DNA of 64,000 nt from the human T2T-CHM13v2.0 reference genome, Homo sapiens. The first letter of the stretch is position 1. Each line of letters begins with the position of its first letter. The translations under genes were made by a program, and so were the position numbers. The DNA lies in NCBI RefSeq assembly GCF_009914755.1, contig NC_060944.1; one strand, given 5' to 3'. The notes below the pieces were generated by a model. It searched no databases. It saw only the letters and a list, made by a program, of their open reading frames with translations, and was not told the origin of the DNA. Shown here in pieces: positions 1 through 10,963 of the stretch.

Positions 1-7
1 CTTTGCT

Positions 8-135
8 AACTCACCTCATCCTTATATAAGCCCCTGAGTTAGGCACTGTCATCTCATTTACAGACGAAGAAGATGAAACACAGAGAGGTCAGTGTCATGG
101 CTTGGAGGAGGTGGAGCTGGGACCCAAGCCTAGTG
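8..135 (-). mobile_element. MIR SINE fragment
   Basis: Degenerate reverse-strand MIR core (cattt-acagacgaagaagatgaaacacagagagg). Confidence 0.55.
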
Positions 136-916
136 GTGAAGCTCTAGAGCCTTCATCCCTACCACGATGCTGGGGGAAAATGATGGAGAGGAAAGAATCG
201 CTGGGGTCAGAGAGACGGGATTCAAATTCCGGCTCTGCCTCCTCACAGAAGGATGAGATGTTGAGTGGCTGAGTGAGCATTCTGTGAAGGAAAGGGGAGG
301 TGGGGGAGGAGATAGGCAATAAACAGCAAACACGTGTGTGATAACTGCAGACCCTGCTGCTACTGGGAAGGATTTGGACAAGAGAGTAACAGGAGGGATT
401 GGCAGGTCTGCACGATCCTCCCTGAGAACCTGACTGCTGAGCTAAGATGAGGAAGACAAAATGAGGAGTTACCTCTGGAGAGGAGCTGGGTGTGGGGAAC
501 ATTCTGGCTTGTGCAAGGGCCCTGGGGGTGGGCGAGACCTTGGTGAGTTTGAGAAACTGGAAGGAGACCCGTTCTGGGGCCACTGGAGGAAGGAGGAAAG
601 TTGTTCTCTTGGCAACCCACTTGATTGCAGGAGAAACTGAGGCACAGAGAGATAAGTGGTTTGCCAAGTCCATGGGGCTGGTAAGCGTAGAGTAGTGCTT
701 TTGACGCAGGTGGTCAGACGCCTGAGCCTGGGCCCTTCATGAGGCATGTGAGTCATGCTCACTGGCCTTCTGAATATTCAAGAGAAGCTGAAATGCTGAT
801 TTTTGTGTGAAATATCCTCATGTTTAAATTTTGGTAACCACTTAAAACATAAAGTAAAATAAATCCTGTGGAGATATGACCCAAGGGCCATGACCTAGTG
901 TGTTCTGATGTCACCT

Positions 917-960
917 CTCTGTCCCTTTATCTAACAACCTCTGTGCCTTTATCTAACAAT
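917..960. repeat. 22-bp tandem duplication (2 units)
   Basis: ctctgtccctttatctaacaac / ctctgtgcctttatctaacaat, 2 mismatches. Confidence 0.85.
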
Positions 961-1353
961 GCACACGATGCCAGTCCCTACCTCGTAGGATTGCCAGAGC
1001 CTGTTAAGAGTTATGTGAGCGAGAGCTCCAGGAGGGGGCCTGTGTCTGTCAGCCCAAGGCTGAGGTTCCACTCGTGAAACGTGGTTCCTATTTCCTCACT
1101 CCTCACCATCTCTGGCAATAGCCTAGGCGAGTTCATGTTTCTAGAATGGCTTCTGCCTTTGTCCCAAAAATGACAGAGTAGCAGCAATTGATCCCTTGAT
1201 GTCCCTCCCAGCTGCTGCTTTGCAGATGCTTATGATTTGTGCATTTAAAACCCGACTAGAAAACTCTCAGGGGCACCTCCCCCATTACCTAGCAAGCTTC
1301 ATGGGAGAAATGTGTCTCCCTGGCACAAATGCCCAGAGATCTGAGTAAGAGAT

Positions 1354-1712
1354 AGTATTAGTCCGTTTTCACACTGCTGATAAACACATACCTGAGACTG
1401 GGAAATTTACGAAAGAAAGAGGTTAAATGGACTCCCAGTTTCACGTGGCTGGGGAGGCCTCACAATCACGGTGGAAGGTGAAAGGCAGGTCTCACACGGT
1501 GGCAGACAAGATAAGAGAGATTGTGCAGGGAAACTCCCCTTTATAAAACCATCAGATCTCATGAGACTTATTCACTATCACGAGAATAGCATAGGAAAGA
1601 CCTACCCCCATGATTCAATTACCTCCCACCAGGTTCCTCCCACAACACATGGGCCTTGTAAAAGCTACAATTCAAGATGAGATTTGGGTGGGGACACAGC
1701 CAAACCATATCA
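1354..1712 (-). mobile_element. THE1B-like MaLR solo LTR
   Basis: Ends ...ggggacacagccaaaccatatca, the reverse complement of the THE1 start. Perfect 5-bp TSD GAGAT at 1349-1353 and 1713-1717. Confidence 0.95.
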
Positions 1713-1843
1713 GAGATTGACAACCATTGTTTGAAAAGTCAAACTTTGGAAAAAACCTAAGTGCCCACTTAGTGCGGACTGAGTAGTTGACAACACAAGT
1801 CACAGTGGATACCCAGGAGCTATCCATGAGGGCAGGGCTAGAG

Positions 1844-2065
1844 CAGGGCTGACTAATGACGGTCCTCAGGCCAAGTCCGGCCCACAGCCTGAGTTCATAC
1901 ATAAAGTTTTATTGGCACCCAGTCACACCCATGTGTTTACACATTGTCTAAGTCTGCTTTCAAGGTACAATGACAGCGATGAATAACTGCGATAGAGACC
2001 ATATTGCCCACAAAGCCGAAAATATTTACTTTTGACCCTTTTCAGAAAAGTTTTGCTGACTCTTG
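1844..2065 (+). mobile_element. MER58A hAT-Charlie DNA transposon
   Basis: Full-length match to the recalled consensus (taaagttttattgg...aaagccgaaaatatttact...gaaaagttttgctgac). Confidence 0.85.
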
Positions 2066-2304
2066 GACAGCATCAATAAACACCAAGGTGGAAGGTTCCC
2101 CTTGACCGACTGCTATGTGGGAAAAGACCAGAAGGGGAGAGGGGAGGGACAGGAATGCCAATAGGGTGGCTTCAGTTTTGTAAACAACGATGGAAGGCAA
2201 CAAAATCGTAGAAACATGCACACAGATGTATCTTGTAGGTGAACAAACGTCTGAAAGGATACACCCCAGTCTGCTAATCATGCTACCTCTGGAATTTAAT
2301 AGGT

Positions 2305-2498
2305 AATATACCTTATTGAGCATGAACTAGATTCCAGACACTATGCTGAAGGCACAGATTCTCTCAATTTTACAGGACTGATCCCCTTTTCACAAGTGAG
2401 AAAATGAAGGCACAGAGAGGCAAAGTCACTTGCCCAAGGTCACACAGCTTTTGAGTAGCAAAGCTGGGATTTGAACCCAGACCTCTTCGATTCCAGAC
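2305..2498 (-). mobile_element. MIR SINE
   Basis: cacttgcccaaggtcacacagct...ctgggatttgaacccag. Confidence 0.8.
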
Positions 2499-2839
2499 TA
2501 CGAGGGAGAAAGGCAAACACGTATTTGTTTTTGTCTTTATTGTTTGATAAGCATGAAAAACATCAAACGTGACTTGCTTAGCATAATTCGGATCAAAAGC
2601 CCTCTCAACACCCCCCTCCTATCTCTTAGGGGCATTCTTACAAGTTGGGGCTCATTGTGATTTGCCAGAGAGGTCACAGGGCAAGAACTGCTCTAGATAA
2701 TAGGTGAGAGGCTGAGTGGGGGCAGATTCTGAGCCCTGGGTTAGGACAGGCACCCTCTTTTAATTTGAGGCCTGCCAAGCTCAGGACACACATTCGCATG
2801 GGAGCTGAGAGCTCACCTATTCTGCCGAGATTTTCCAAG

Positions 2840-3045
2840 ACATTGCATTTTATGAGTGTTATTAAATGGAGTTGTTGTTAATACTGATTTTATGGTGCTA
2901 AAATGATTAAGCATGGCAGGCTTTTAAACAATGAGGTTCATAAAAGGTGTTAATAACCACTTAAGTACCTTAATAATATCCCCACCTATCATAAACTGCT
3001 CCCAGTTAGGCCTCTTTACTTTTCTTTGCCCCAGGAATGAGTCAG
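2840..3045. promoter_or_regulatory. Candidate enhancer (HOX/CDX-type motif cluster)
   Basis: Repeat-free AT-rich island with TTTTATGA 2848, TTTTATGG 2888, TCATAAAA 2938, TCATAAA 2989, AACAAT 2927, CACTTAA 2958 and TGAGTCA 3038. Motif evidence only. Confidence 0.35.
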
Positions 3046-3384
3046 GAATCCACTGGAAGGCTGGATGGAGACTTCTGGAACAGAGGAGGAGCTGTACCCA
3101 GTTTGGGAAAGTCAAATGGAAAGGCCAGGAAATGTTCATGTGCATTCTGAAGGACAGCCCATTTCAGGCTTTCCAGAAAGAGGACCATGGTCATCCAGGC
3201 ACCAAGAATGTGGTGAAGGGGGTGGGGGCAGGGGCTCTGGTGCCCGACAGCTCCACCTGTGACTGCTCGCAGTGGCAAAACCCAGACTGCAGTGATGGCA
3301 CCGAGGCTTAACGTCTGGCTGCTGCGTGTAGACCTGACTCTACCCCGCTTTCGCCTAGTCAGTGTGGTCAGTTTGCCTCCCTCT

Positions 3385-3542
3385 GTGCACTGCACCAGTG
3401 CAAAAGGCAACTGTGCAGCCCTTTGTTGAAAAGTTACTGAAAATTTCAAGGTAATAACAGTAGAGCCTTCAACCAATTGTGGAGCCCTTCTGAGCCTGGG
3501 GCCCTGCATGACTGTATGGATTGCACCCACGAGGCCGATCCC
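3385..3542 (-). mobile_element. MER91-like hAT-Tip100 element
   Basis: cagtgcaaaa...gcccttctgagcctggggccctg resembles reverse-strand MER91A. Confidence 0.6.
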
Positions 3543-3579
3543 TCTCTGTGTCCTGTTTCCCCTTCTATAAAATGGAGTT

Positions 3580-4186
<607 letters not shown>

Positions 4187-4644
4187 TCCGGATAGATTGC
4201 ACCACTGTGTTTGGAACTCATTTCTTTCTGCGCCTCAGTTTCCTTAGTTGCCAAGGGCGCATCATTAGGTGGGTCTGGCAGGGCCATTCCAGACTCCCTG
4301 AGACAGCGTGCTTGATGCATGGTAATTGGCAAGTCCATCACTGTCGCCAGATTGGAATCGCTGCCCTGTGCATGCCAGCCGGGTGAACCTGGGCACGTTC
4401 CCCCTCCCCAGCTCAGGATGTGGAATGCACCTGCCAACCACCACCTCACAGGCTGCTGCGGGGACCAAAGGAGATGCGGGCAGGGGGAGGGTGTCGTGCG
4501 GGCAAAGGACAGGGCATCGCGTACGCACAAGTCAGCTGCTGGTGTTCACAGGGCTTTGCTTTCACTCTGTAATGCCTGCCCCCTCTGGGGATGTCTTGGA
4601 TCTCCCACTTGAACATGGAGGCAGTGACTGTCCATCCTGACCTC

Positions 4645-4772
4645 TCAGTGTTAAGACTCTGGGAAGTATCATTATCTCTTCATATTTATAGCCCCTAGAA
4701 CTGTCCCTGGTATGCAGTAGGCACTTAATAATCATTAAATAACTGAATGAATGAATGTACGAATAAATGAAT
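4645..4772 (+). mobile_element. L2 3' end
   Basis: cctggtatgcagtaggcacttaataa...tgaatgaatgaatg. Confidence 0.6.
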
Positions 4773-6224
4773 ACCTATGTGAAAGGAGCCATTCTGCTGT
4801 CTTGTCCTTTGGGAAGGGCAGAGATTTGAAGCTGGGTGGGGACTCGGGGGCTCCTCCTACCTTTGCCTGATGGGCTCATGATCTGCTGGGCGAGACCACT
4901 CAGGCCAACTCTTAAAGCCCAGAGCCCCTCGGGATCTGCTCTAGTTCTACCAAGGGGTTTCACCCTCCCTGGTACTGGGCTCTGGGTGGACCAGAAGGTC
5001 TGTGTACTCCCAGAGGGGCCAGCAGAGTGGCCTGTGAATGACCTCTCCCCCACCCCCACCCCAGCCAGGACTGTTTACTCCTAATACATTAGATTTCCAG
5101 ATGGGAATCATTTGGGCAATCGTGCACTTTTATATCCTTGAAAGGAAAAGAGAAAATGGCAATGCTTCCCTTTCTGCCCTTCCCCTCAAGGTCTGCCAGG
5201 ATGACATCAGACCCCCAACCTCACCAGGGGGCTTCCTCACCAGGGGTTGGCGGGGACCAGAGGGGCAGAGCTTTGAGGGAGGCCGGAGAGAGGGCCTGCC
5301 CCTTCCCCTGCTTCCCAAAAAGGAAATCATGAACTTGGAAATGTTGGAAGCATGTCCTCTGTTAACCTTCTGCACACCTCAGTCGTCTGCACTTCACCGT
5401 CATACTTTCTGCCATGTCTGGCTGCCACTCATACTATTTCTTCGCTTTTTTCTTTAAGATAAGTTAACAAAGTTTTTATATAGCATTAAAAATGTTTTCA
5501 TTATGGAAAATTTTAAATACATACAAAAGTGGCCTGAATAATATAATGTAATCTAATCTAATACAATATACTCATAATATATAATGTATGTATTATATAT
5601 AACATGTCATATTAAATGTTGCAATATAAGATACAATATTTGAAATGATATGTAATATACCCATCACTTCGCTTCAAAAAGTGTCCACTCGTGGCTGATC
5701 TTGTTTCTTCCATGTCTTCACTCGCTCCTCCACTGCAGATTACTCTGAGGCATACCCCAGAAATCATGTCTTTGCATCCACAAATATTTCAGTATCTCTC
5801 TCCCTCTGAAATGTTCGACTAACTTACAAAACTTAATTTGTCTTAAAAGTGAACTCTGTATCACTACCCTAAGAGGAAATCTGGGTAACTTTCCAAAACT
5901 AGATGGAAAAATAAACACCGCGAAAGTAAAATAGTGTTATCCATGTCTACGTGAGCGTGAGCCTGCTCTCTTGGTTCAAAAAAGGAATCCAAGTGCTCAG
6001 GGAGTGTTGAGGACAAGTTGGCACCCAACTGAGACTTTCTCCTTCACAGATAATTAGGAAGGGTGAAAGACAATTGGGAGGGGAAAACTTTCTCTCTGTT
6101 TGGTTCGTTGTTACCTGATACTGAACCATAACCTCACTCCTACCGGCACGTCTGCCCGGGGTGCCGGCCACTCCTGGGTGCCACAGCTGCAAGCATAGGC
6201 ACCCACGGGCAGGGCTGGCTTTCA

Positions 6225-6455
6225 GGGACGTGCTGCTGCTGGTGCAGGAGGCCCGCCTGGGTTCAGATCCTGGCGTAGCCCTTCCTGAGTATGTGAGCTT
6301 GGGCACACAGCAAACTCCCCGGCCTCAGTTTCCTCATCAGGGAAATGGGGGCAGGAGTAGTGGTACCACGCATGGCTGTTGTGAGGCTCACGAGATATTC
6401 CAAGTATAGAGTTTAGAACGGAGCGTGACAGAGCAAAATCTCAATGAATGGCAGC
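6225..6455 (+). mobile_element. MIR SINE
   Basis: gcctgggttcagatcctgg...ggcctcagtttcctcatc...gttgtgagg. Confidence 0.75.
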
Positions 6456-6619
6456 TGGTGGTGGTGTTGTTTTTATTGTTATTATTACTAGCAGCTAAGT
6501 AGACATCCCGATTTCTTCCAAAGTGTCCCCTCAACAGTGGAGCTGGAGTTACCTTTTCTCCCTGGTCTTCCTGGTGGGGGCTAAGTCTTGCCCTTTCTCC
6601 TGCCCCAGGCATTTTGGTT

Positions 6620-7420
6620 TCTGAATTCCTGGAACTTTGCACCGCAGCATCGGGGCTCTCATGATCCCCTGAGCCACTTAGCCTGCCAGCCTGTGAGTCA
6701 CCTCTGTCTACTGGGGAAAACCAAGCGGCCCAGAAAAAAAAATTCCAGACTCCCATGGGCGTCCCCAGCTGCCTGCTGCCGGGATGAGCAGCGCCACCGC
6801 CACCCCCATCCCTGCCAGACAGCTGGGCAGGCTGCCAGGTCCGCGGCTCACACCCAGGATGGCAGCAGACAGCTCCACTGGGCTGGGCTCTGCGTGTGTG
6901 TGCGTGTGTGTGTGCGCGCGCGTGTGTGTGCACGCGTGCGCCGCGTTCTTTCCCCTCTGCTGGCCTGGGTTGTTTCGCTCTGGGCTGCGCATTCATTTTT
7001 AGATTCCGGCCTCCTCCCTCCCCGCCATCTCCCGCTTCTATTCTTAGAAAGCAAACTGGGGTGTGCTTGGGCTTCGCAGGGAAGTCAGACAGAAGTTTGC
7101 CCACGTGCTCCGGCCGCCTGAGATATGGAGTTAATTAAAAAGGAGGCTTTGAGCGGCAGGTTCATTGGCCGGAAACGCAGCTGGCGGGGGCCAGGGCGAG
7201 CCTGGGGTGCCCGGCCCCCCTGCTCTAGGTGGACTTGGGGAGCTGAGTGGAGGCTCTGCCCAGCCCAGCTCCCAGGGCCTGAGAGGGCAAGGCTCTTGGG
7301 AGGGCCTGCCCTGCCTGGATGGGTTGGGGTGGCCGTGAGTGTTGGTTAAATATGAACTCTTCAAGCATGTTGAGCTGCTGAGAGATTTTTAATTAGATAA
7401 ATAAATTGTAAAGGGTTTGG
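6620..7420. promoter_or_regulatory. CpG-enriched candidate enhancer/promoter
   Basis: Visibly more CpG than the flanks. Contains AP-1 TGAGTCA 6694, GAS TTCTTAGAA 7041, TTAATTAA ~7131, reverse CCAAT 7164, ETS CCGGAAA 7169 and GC-box-like runs. Confidence 0.5.
6891..6941. repeat. (TG)n/(CG)n alternating purine-pyrimidine tract
   Basis: 51 bp of uninterrupted pyrimidine-purine alternation, including (CG)4 at 6915-6922. Confidence 0.95.
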
Positions 7421-7606
7421 AGGAGGGTTGCCTTCAGGAAGCTGAGCTGGCTGAAATGTGCTGTCTGCGGAAGGAAGCCGACCTTCCTCAATGCCAGCCT
7501 GGCAGTGCAAGGGCAGGAAGGCAGGGAGAGAGGAGAGGAGGGAGGGAGGGGTGAAGGGAGAGAGATGGGAGGAGGAGGAGGGTCTGGGGGTACTGGAGTG
7601 TCTCAG

Positions 7607-8121
7607 TGTCAGAGGCGTTGGAACCAGAGCGACTCCATCTTGAGTGAGGGCTGGAAAATGAGGCCGAGACCTGCTGGGCTGCGTTCCCAGAAAGTCAGGC
7701 ATTCTGAGCCTCTAGATGTTTATGGTTAAGGAACAAATTAATAATGTTTACTAAACAGACCCAGACTTGGGAGTGTCCAGATATCCTGATATCTGGAGAA
7801 CAAAGGCATTCCTAATTTTACTTTAAAGATAATAATATCGATTCTTGTAAAATACAGTAATTAAGAAAACTAATCCTTTATCACAAACCCTCGTAGCAGA
7901 GCACATCTGCCCATATATACAAGCATTGTACCTAGGGTGGACGCGTTCCTCCTCTTACTTTCGGGAATGTCCTCCTCTGTCTGTGGAGTAGCTGTCCTTT
8001 CACCACTTGACTTTCTTAGTAAATTTGCTTTTACTTTGCACTGTGGACTCACCCTTTCTTGCGCAACTGCGATCCAAGAACCTTCACTTGGGGTCTGGAT
8101 GGGGACCGCTTTCCTGTAACA
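7607..8121 (+). mobile_element. MER41-family ERV1 solo LTR
   Basis: Starts TGTCAGAGGCGTTGGAACCAGAGCGACTCCATCTTG and ends GGGTCTGGAT...CCTGTAACA. Flanks TCAG/GCAG give a 3/4 TSD. Internal hairpin at 7776-7797. Confidence 0.9.
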
Positions 8122-8184
8122 GCAGAAGAGAGTGAGCAGCTGGAAGGAAATGTGCCTGAAGAGAGGGGGAGTGCCTGGTTGAAG

Positions 8185-8362
8185 GAACCAGCCTGAATGG
8201 GTTCAAAATCCTGGCTCTGAATTTTCCAGTTGTGTAACCTTGGTCACAGCACTTAACCTCTCTGTGTGCCCATTTGCTTATCTGTGAAATGGGCACGTTT
8301 ATCATAATGGTGCCCCTCTTTAACTTAAGACAAAGGGCTTCAGCAGCATCTGGCACAAAGCA
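8185..8362 (+). mobile_element. MIR SINE
   Basis: gggttcaaaatcctggctctg...tgtgtaaccttgg...cacttaacctctctgtg...atctgtgaaatggg. Confidence 0.7.
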
Positions 8363-9409
8363 GGGATTATGAAGTCACCCAAATTTATGTCTGCAGCAGG
8401 GAACAGAGGAAAAACAGAGGCAAGGACCCTATGGTGTTTAGAGACAATGGTTACCCCTCTCTGTCTTAGCCCAGCAAATCCCAGCGGCATTGCACGTAGG
8501 AAGGGGAGGCAGCCCTATCAGGACTTAATCTTCTTGGAGAAGAAGCAGGTGAGACCAAGAGGGTTCCTTCTCTGGGGCTGATCCTCCATTGACTGAAAGA
8601 GATACAACATTCTCTGAGAGCTCAGAAGCCTTCTCCTCCAGGAAACATTCCCTGACAGCCAGCTCCGTGCAGTGGCTCCCTCCTCTCCCCTTACCATACA
8701 TCGTACTGTAGGACAGTGTCTCTCTCTTATTTAAAGTTGTGTGTTTTCTTACTTAAGACATTTTCACAAGTATTGTGCCAACACATTCTCATTATAAAAA
8801 ATTAAAAATTTCAGAAGCCTGAGGAATAAAATGAAGAGGTCTTATCCCTCATTCTACACCCTTCTCAACAGTTTGATATGTAACTACTCCTTATATGCCA
8901 TTTTATTTTGTGCATACATGTGATTGTAGTATACATATTAGGCAAACCAAGTGAGCTTCAAAATAATGTCTTGATATCACTTCATGATGGTGCTTATTAT
9001 AACTTATTGTTTTATTTTTAATTTTTATAAAGATTTTCCTCAAACCTATGGTATAGACATACAGTAAAAAAAAAAAACTGTGCAAAAGGATAAAAAGTGA
9101 AAATGAAGTGTCTTGACAATGCTGCCATTTCTCTTCCCCAGAAGCAAGCCTGCTGCCGATTTCTCATGCATCCTCCTGGAGCTGGTCTGTGCACATCCAG
9201 GCACGTGTTGTGTCTCCACCCCCCCTTTCTCTGTGCACGTTAGTAGCAGCACATACTATCTATGCTGCCCAGCTCCTAGCTTATTTTCACTTAACTCTGC
9301 ATCTTGGGAGATCATTCCTCATCAATACAAAGCACAGCAGCCTACTTTTTGATGGCTCCCTAGTATTCCTTTGTACAGTTGGGCCATAAGTTATTTAACA
9401 GCCTAGTGC

Positions 9410-9921
9410 TGGGTGTGGGGATTTCCAAGCACATCACCACATCCTTTGACATTCCTCCCCTGGAAACTTAAGGTCTATATTCTCTCCCTTGAGTGTGGGT
9501 GGGCTTGTGACTGCTTCAGCTAACACAGCATGGTGGAACTGAGTCCATCTGGTTCCCTGGTAGGTGGCAAATGGCCAGAGAGCTTCTGCCTTGTCTGCTG
9601 GGCCACTCTGAGCTCGCCATGCTGTAAGGAAGCCCAAGCCACACAGAGGATTTCTGTGGAGGTGCTCTGTTCCTCAGTACTGGCGGGGGCCAGCCTACCA
9701 GGTTCCCCGAGCACAGGCACCAGACGTGTGCGTGAAGAGGCCTCCAGAAGAGTCTTTGGCTGTTTGAATCATCTCAGCTGAGAGCCTGAACACTGTGAAA
9801 CAGAGACAAGCTTGTGTTCTGTCTGAGTTTCCTATGCATAAAATTGCTAGCAAAATAAAATGAGTGTCTGAAGCAGCTGAGCTTTGGATACTTTGTTACC
9901 CAGCAGTGCATGATCAGATCA
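9410..9921 (+). mobile_element. MLT1 (F/G/H-like) MaLR LTR
   Basis: ctcccttgagtgtgggtgggcttgtgactgctt...AATAAA...tttgttacccagcag. Confidence 0.65.
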
Positions 9922-10307
9922 ACGGGCTTTAGCGTGTCCTTGTCCACTTTACTAACTGGCCTGCCTTGTCTGTGATTCTTTAGAATAGGGATTATCTATT
10001 GATTCTTTTAAAATTGAGGTGAAATTCACATAACAAAATTAGCCACTTTAAAGTGAGCTACTCAGTAGCATTTAGTGCGTTTACAATGTTGTGCAACCAC
10101 CACCTCTATCTAGTCCCAAAGCACTGCATCCCCCTAAAAGGAAACCGTAGTCACGAAGAAGTTGCTCCCCATTGTCCCCTGTGCCAGCCCCTGGCAACGG
10201 CAAATTGACTTTCTGTCTCTACCATTTTGCTTGTTAGGAACACTTTGTATCAACGGGATCTTGCATTGTGTGGTTTTTTTGTGCCTGGCTTCTTTCACTT
10301 GGCACAA

Positions 10308-10600
10308 TTTTTTTTTTTTTTTTGAGATGGAGTATCGTTCTGTCGCCCAGGTTGGAGTGCAGTGGCACGATCTCAGCTCACTGCAAGCTCTGCCTCCTGG
10401 GTTCCCGCCATTCTCCTGCCTCAGCCTCTCCGAGTAGCTGGGACTACAGGCACCCGCCACCACACCCGGCTAATTTTTTTTTTTTTGTATTTTTAGTAGA
10501 GACGGGGTTTCACTGTGGTCTCGATCTCCTGACCTCGTGATCCGCCCGCCTCGGCCTCCCAAAGTGCTGGGATTACAAGCATGAGCCACCGCCCCCAGCC
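10308..10600 (-). mobile_element. AluY, Yd-lineage-like (12-bp left-arm deletion)
   Basis: AluY diagnostics (ctgcaagctc, gccattctc, cgatctcctgacctcgtgatcc). ggggtttcactgtggtctcgatc lacks GTTAGCCAGGAT. Confidence 0.9.
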
Positions 10601-10652
10601 TCTTGCACAGTGTTTTGAGGTTCGTCCATATTGTAATATCTATTAATACTTC

Positions 10653-10963
10653 TTTTTTTTTTTTTTTTTTTTTTTTGAGATGAGGTCTCATTCTGTCACC
10701 CAGGCTGGAGTGCAGTGACCTGATCACGGCTCCCTATAGCCCCGACCTCCTGGGCTCAAATGATCCTCCCACCTCAGCTTCTGGAGTAGCTGGGACCACA
10801 GGTGCTTGCCACCATGCCCTGCTAATTTTTGTGTTTTTTTGTAGAGATGGGGTTTTACCATGTTGCTCAGGCTGGTCTCAAACTTCTGGGCTCAAATGAT
10901 CCACCCGCATCAGAGTGTCTCCCAAAGTGCTGGGATTTACAGGCATGAGCCACTGTGTCCAGC
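10653..10963 (-). mobile_element. AluJ
   Basis: Poly-T, gggctcaaatgatcctcccacc, TSD TAATACT. Confidence 0.95.

Noticed and set aside
95-673. 192-aa ORF (-)
   Set aside because: It spans MIR fragments, is S/P/L-biased and has no recognisable homology.
6388-7121. Overlapping 238-aa (-) and 177-aa (+) ORFs
   Set aside because: They are open because of GC richness and the (TG/CG)n tract (HTHARAHT/VCVRV runs). One runs into a MIR, and neither has a recognisable domain.
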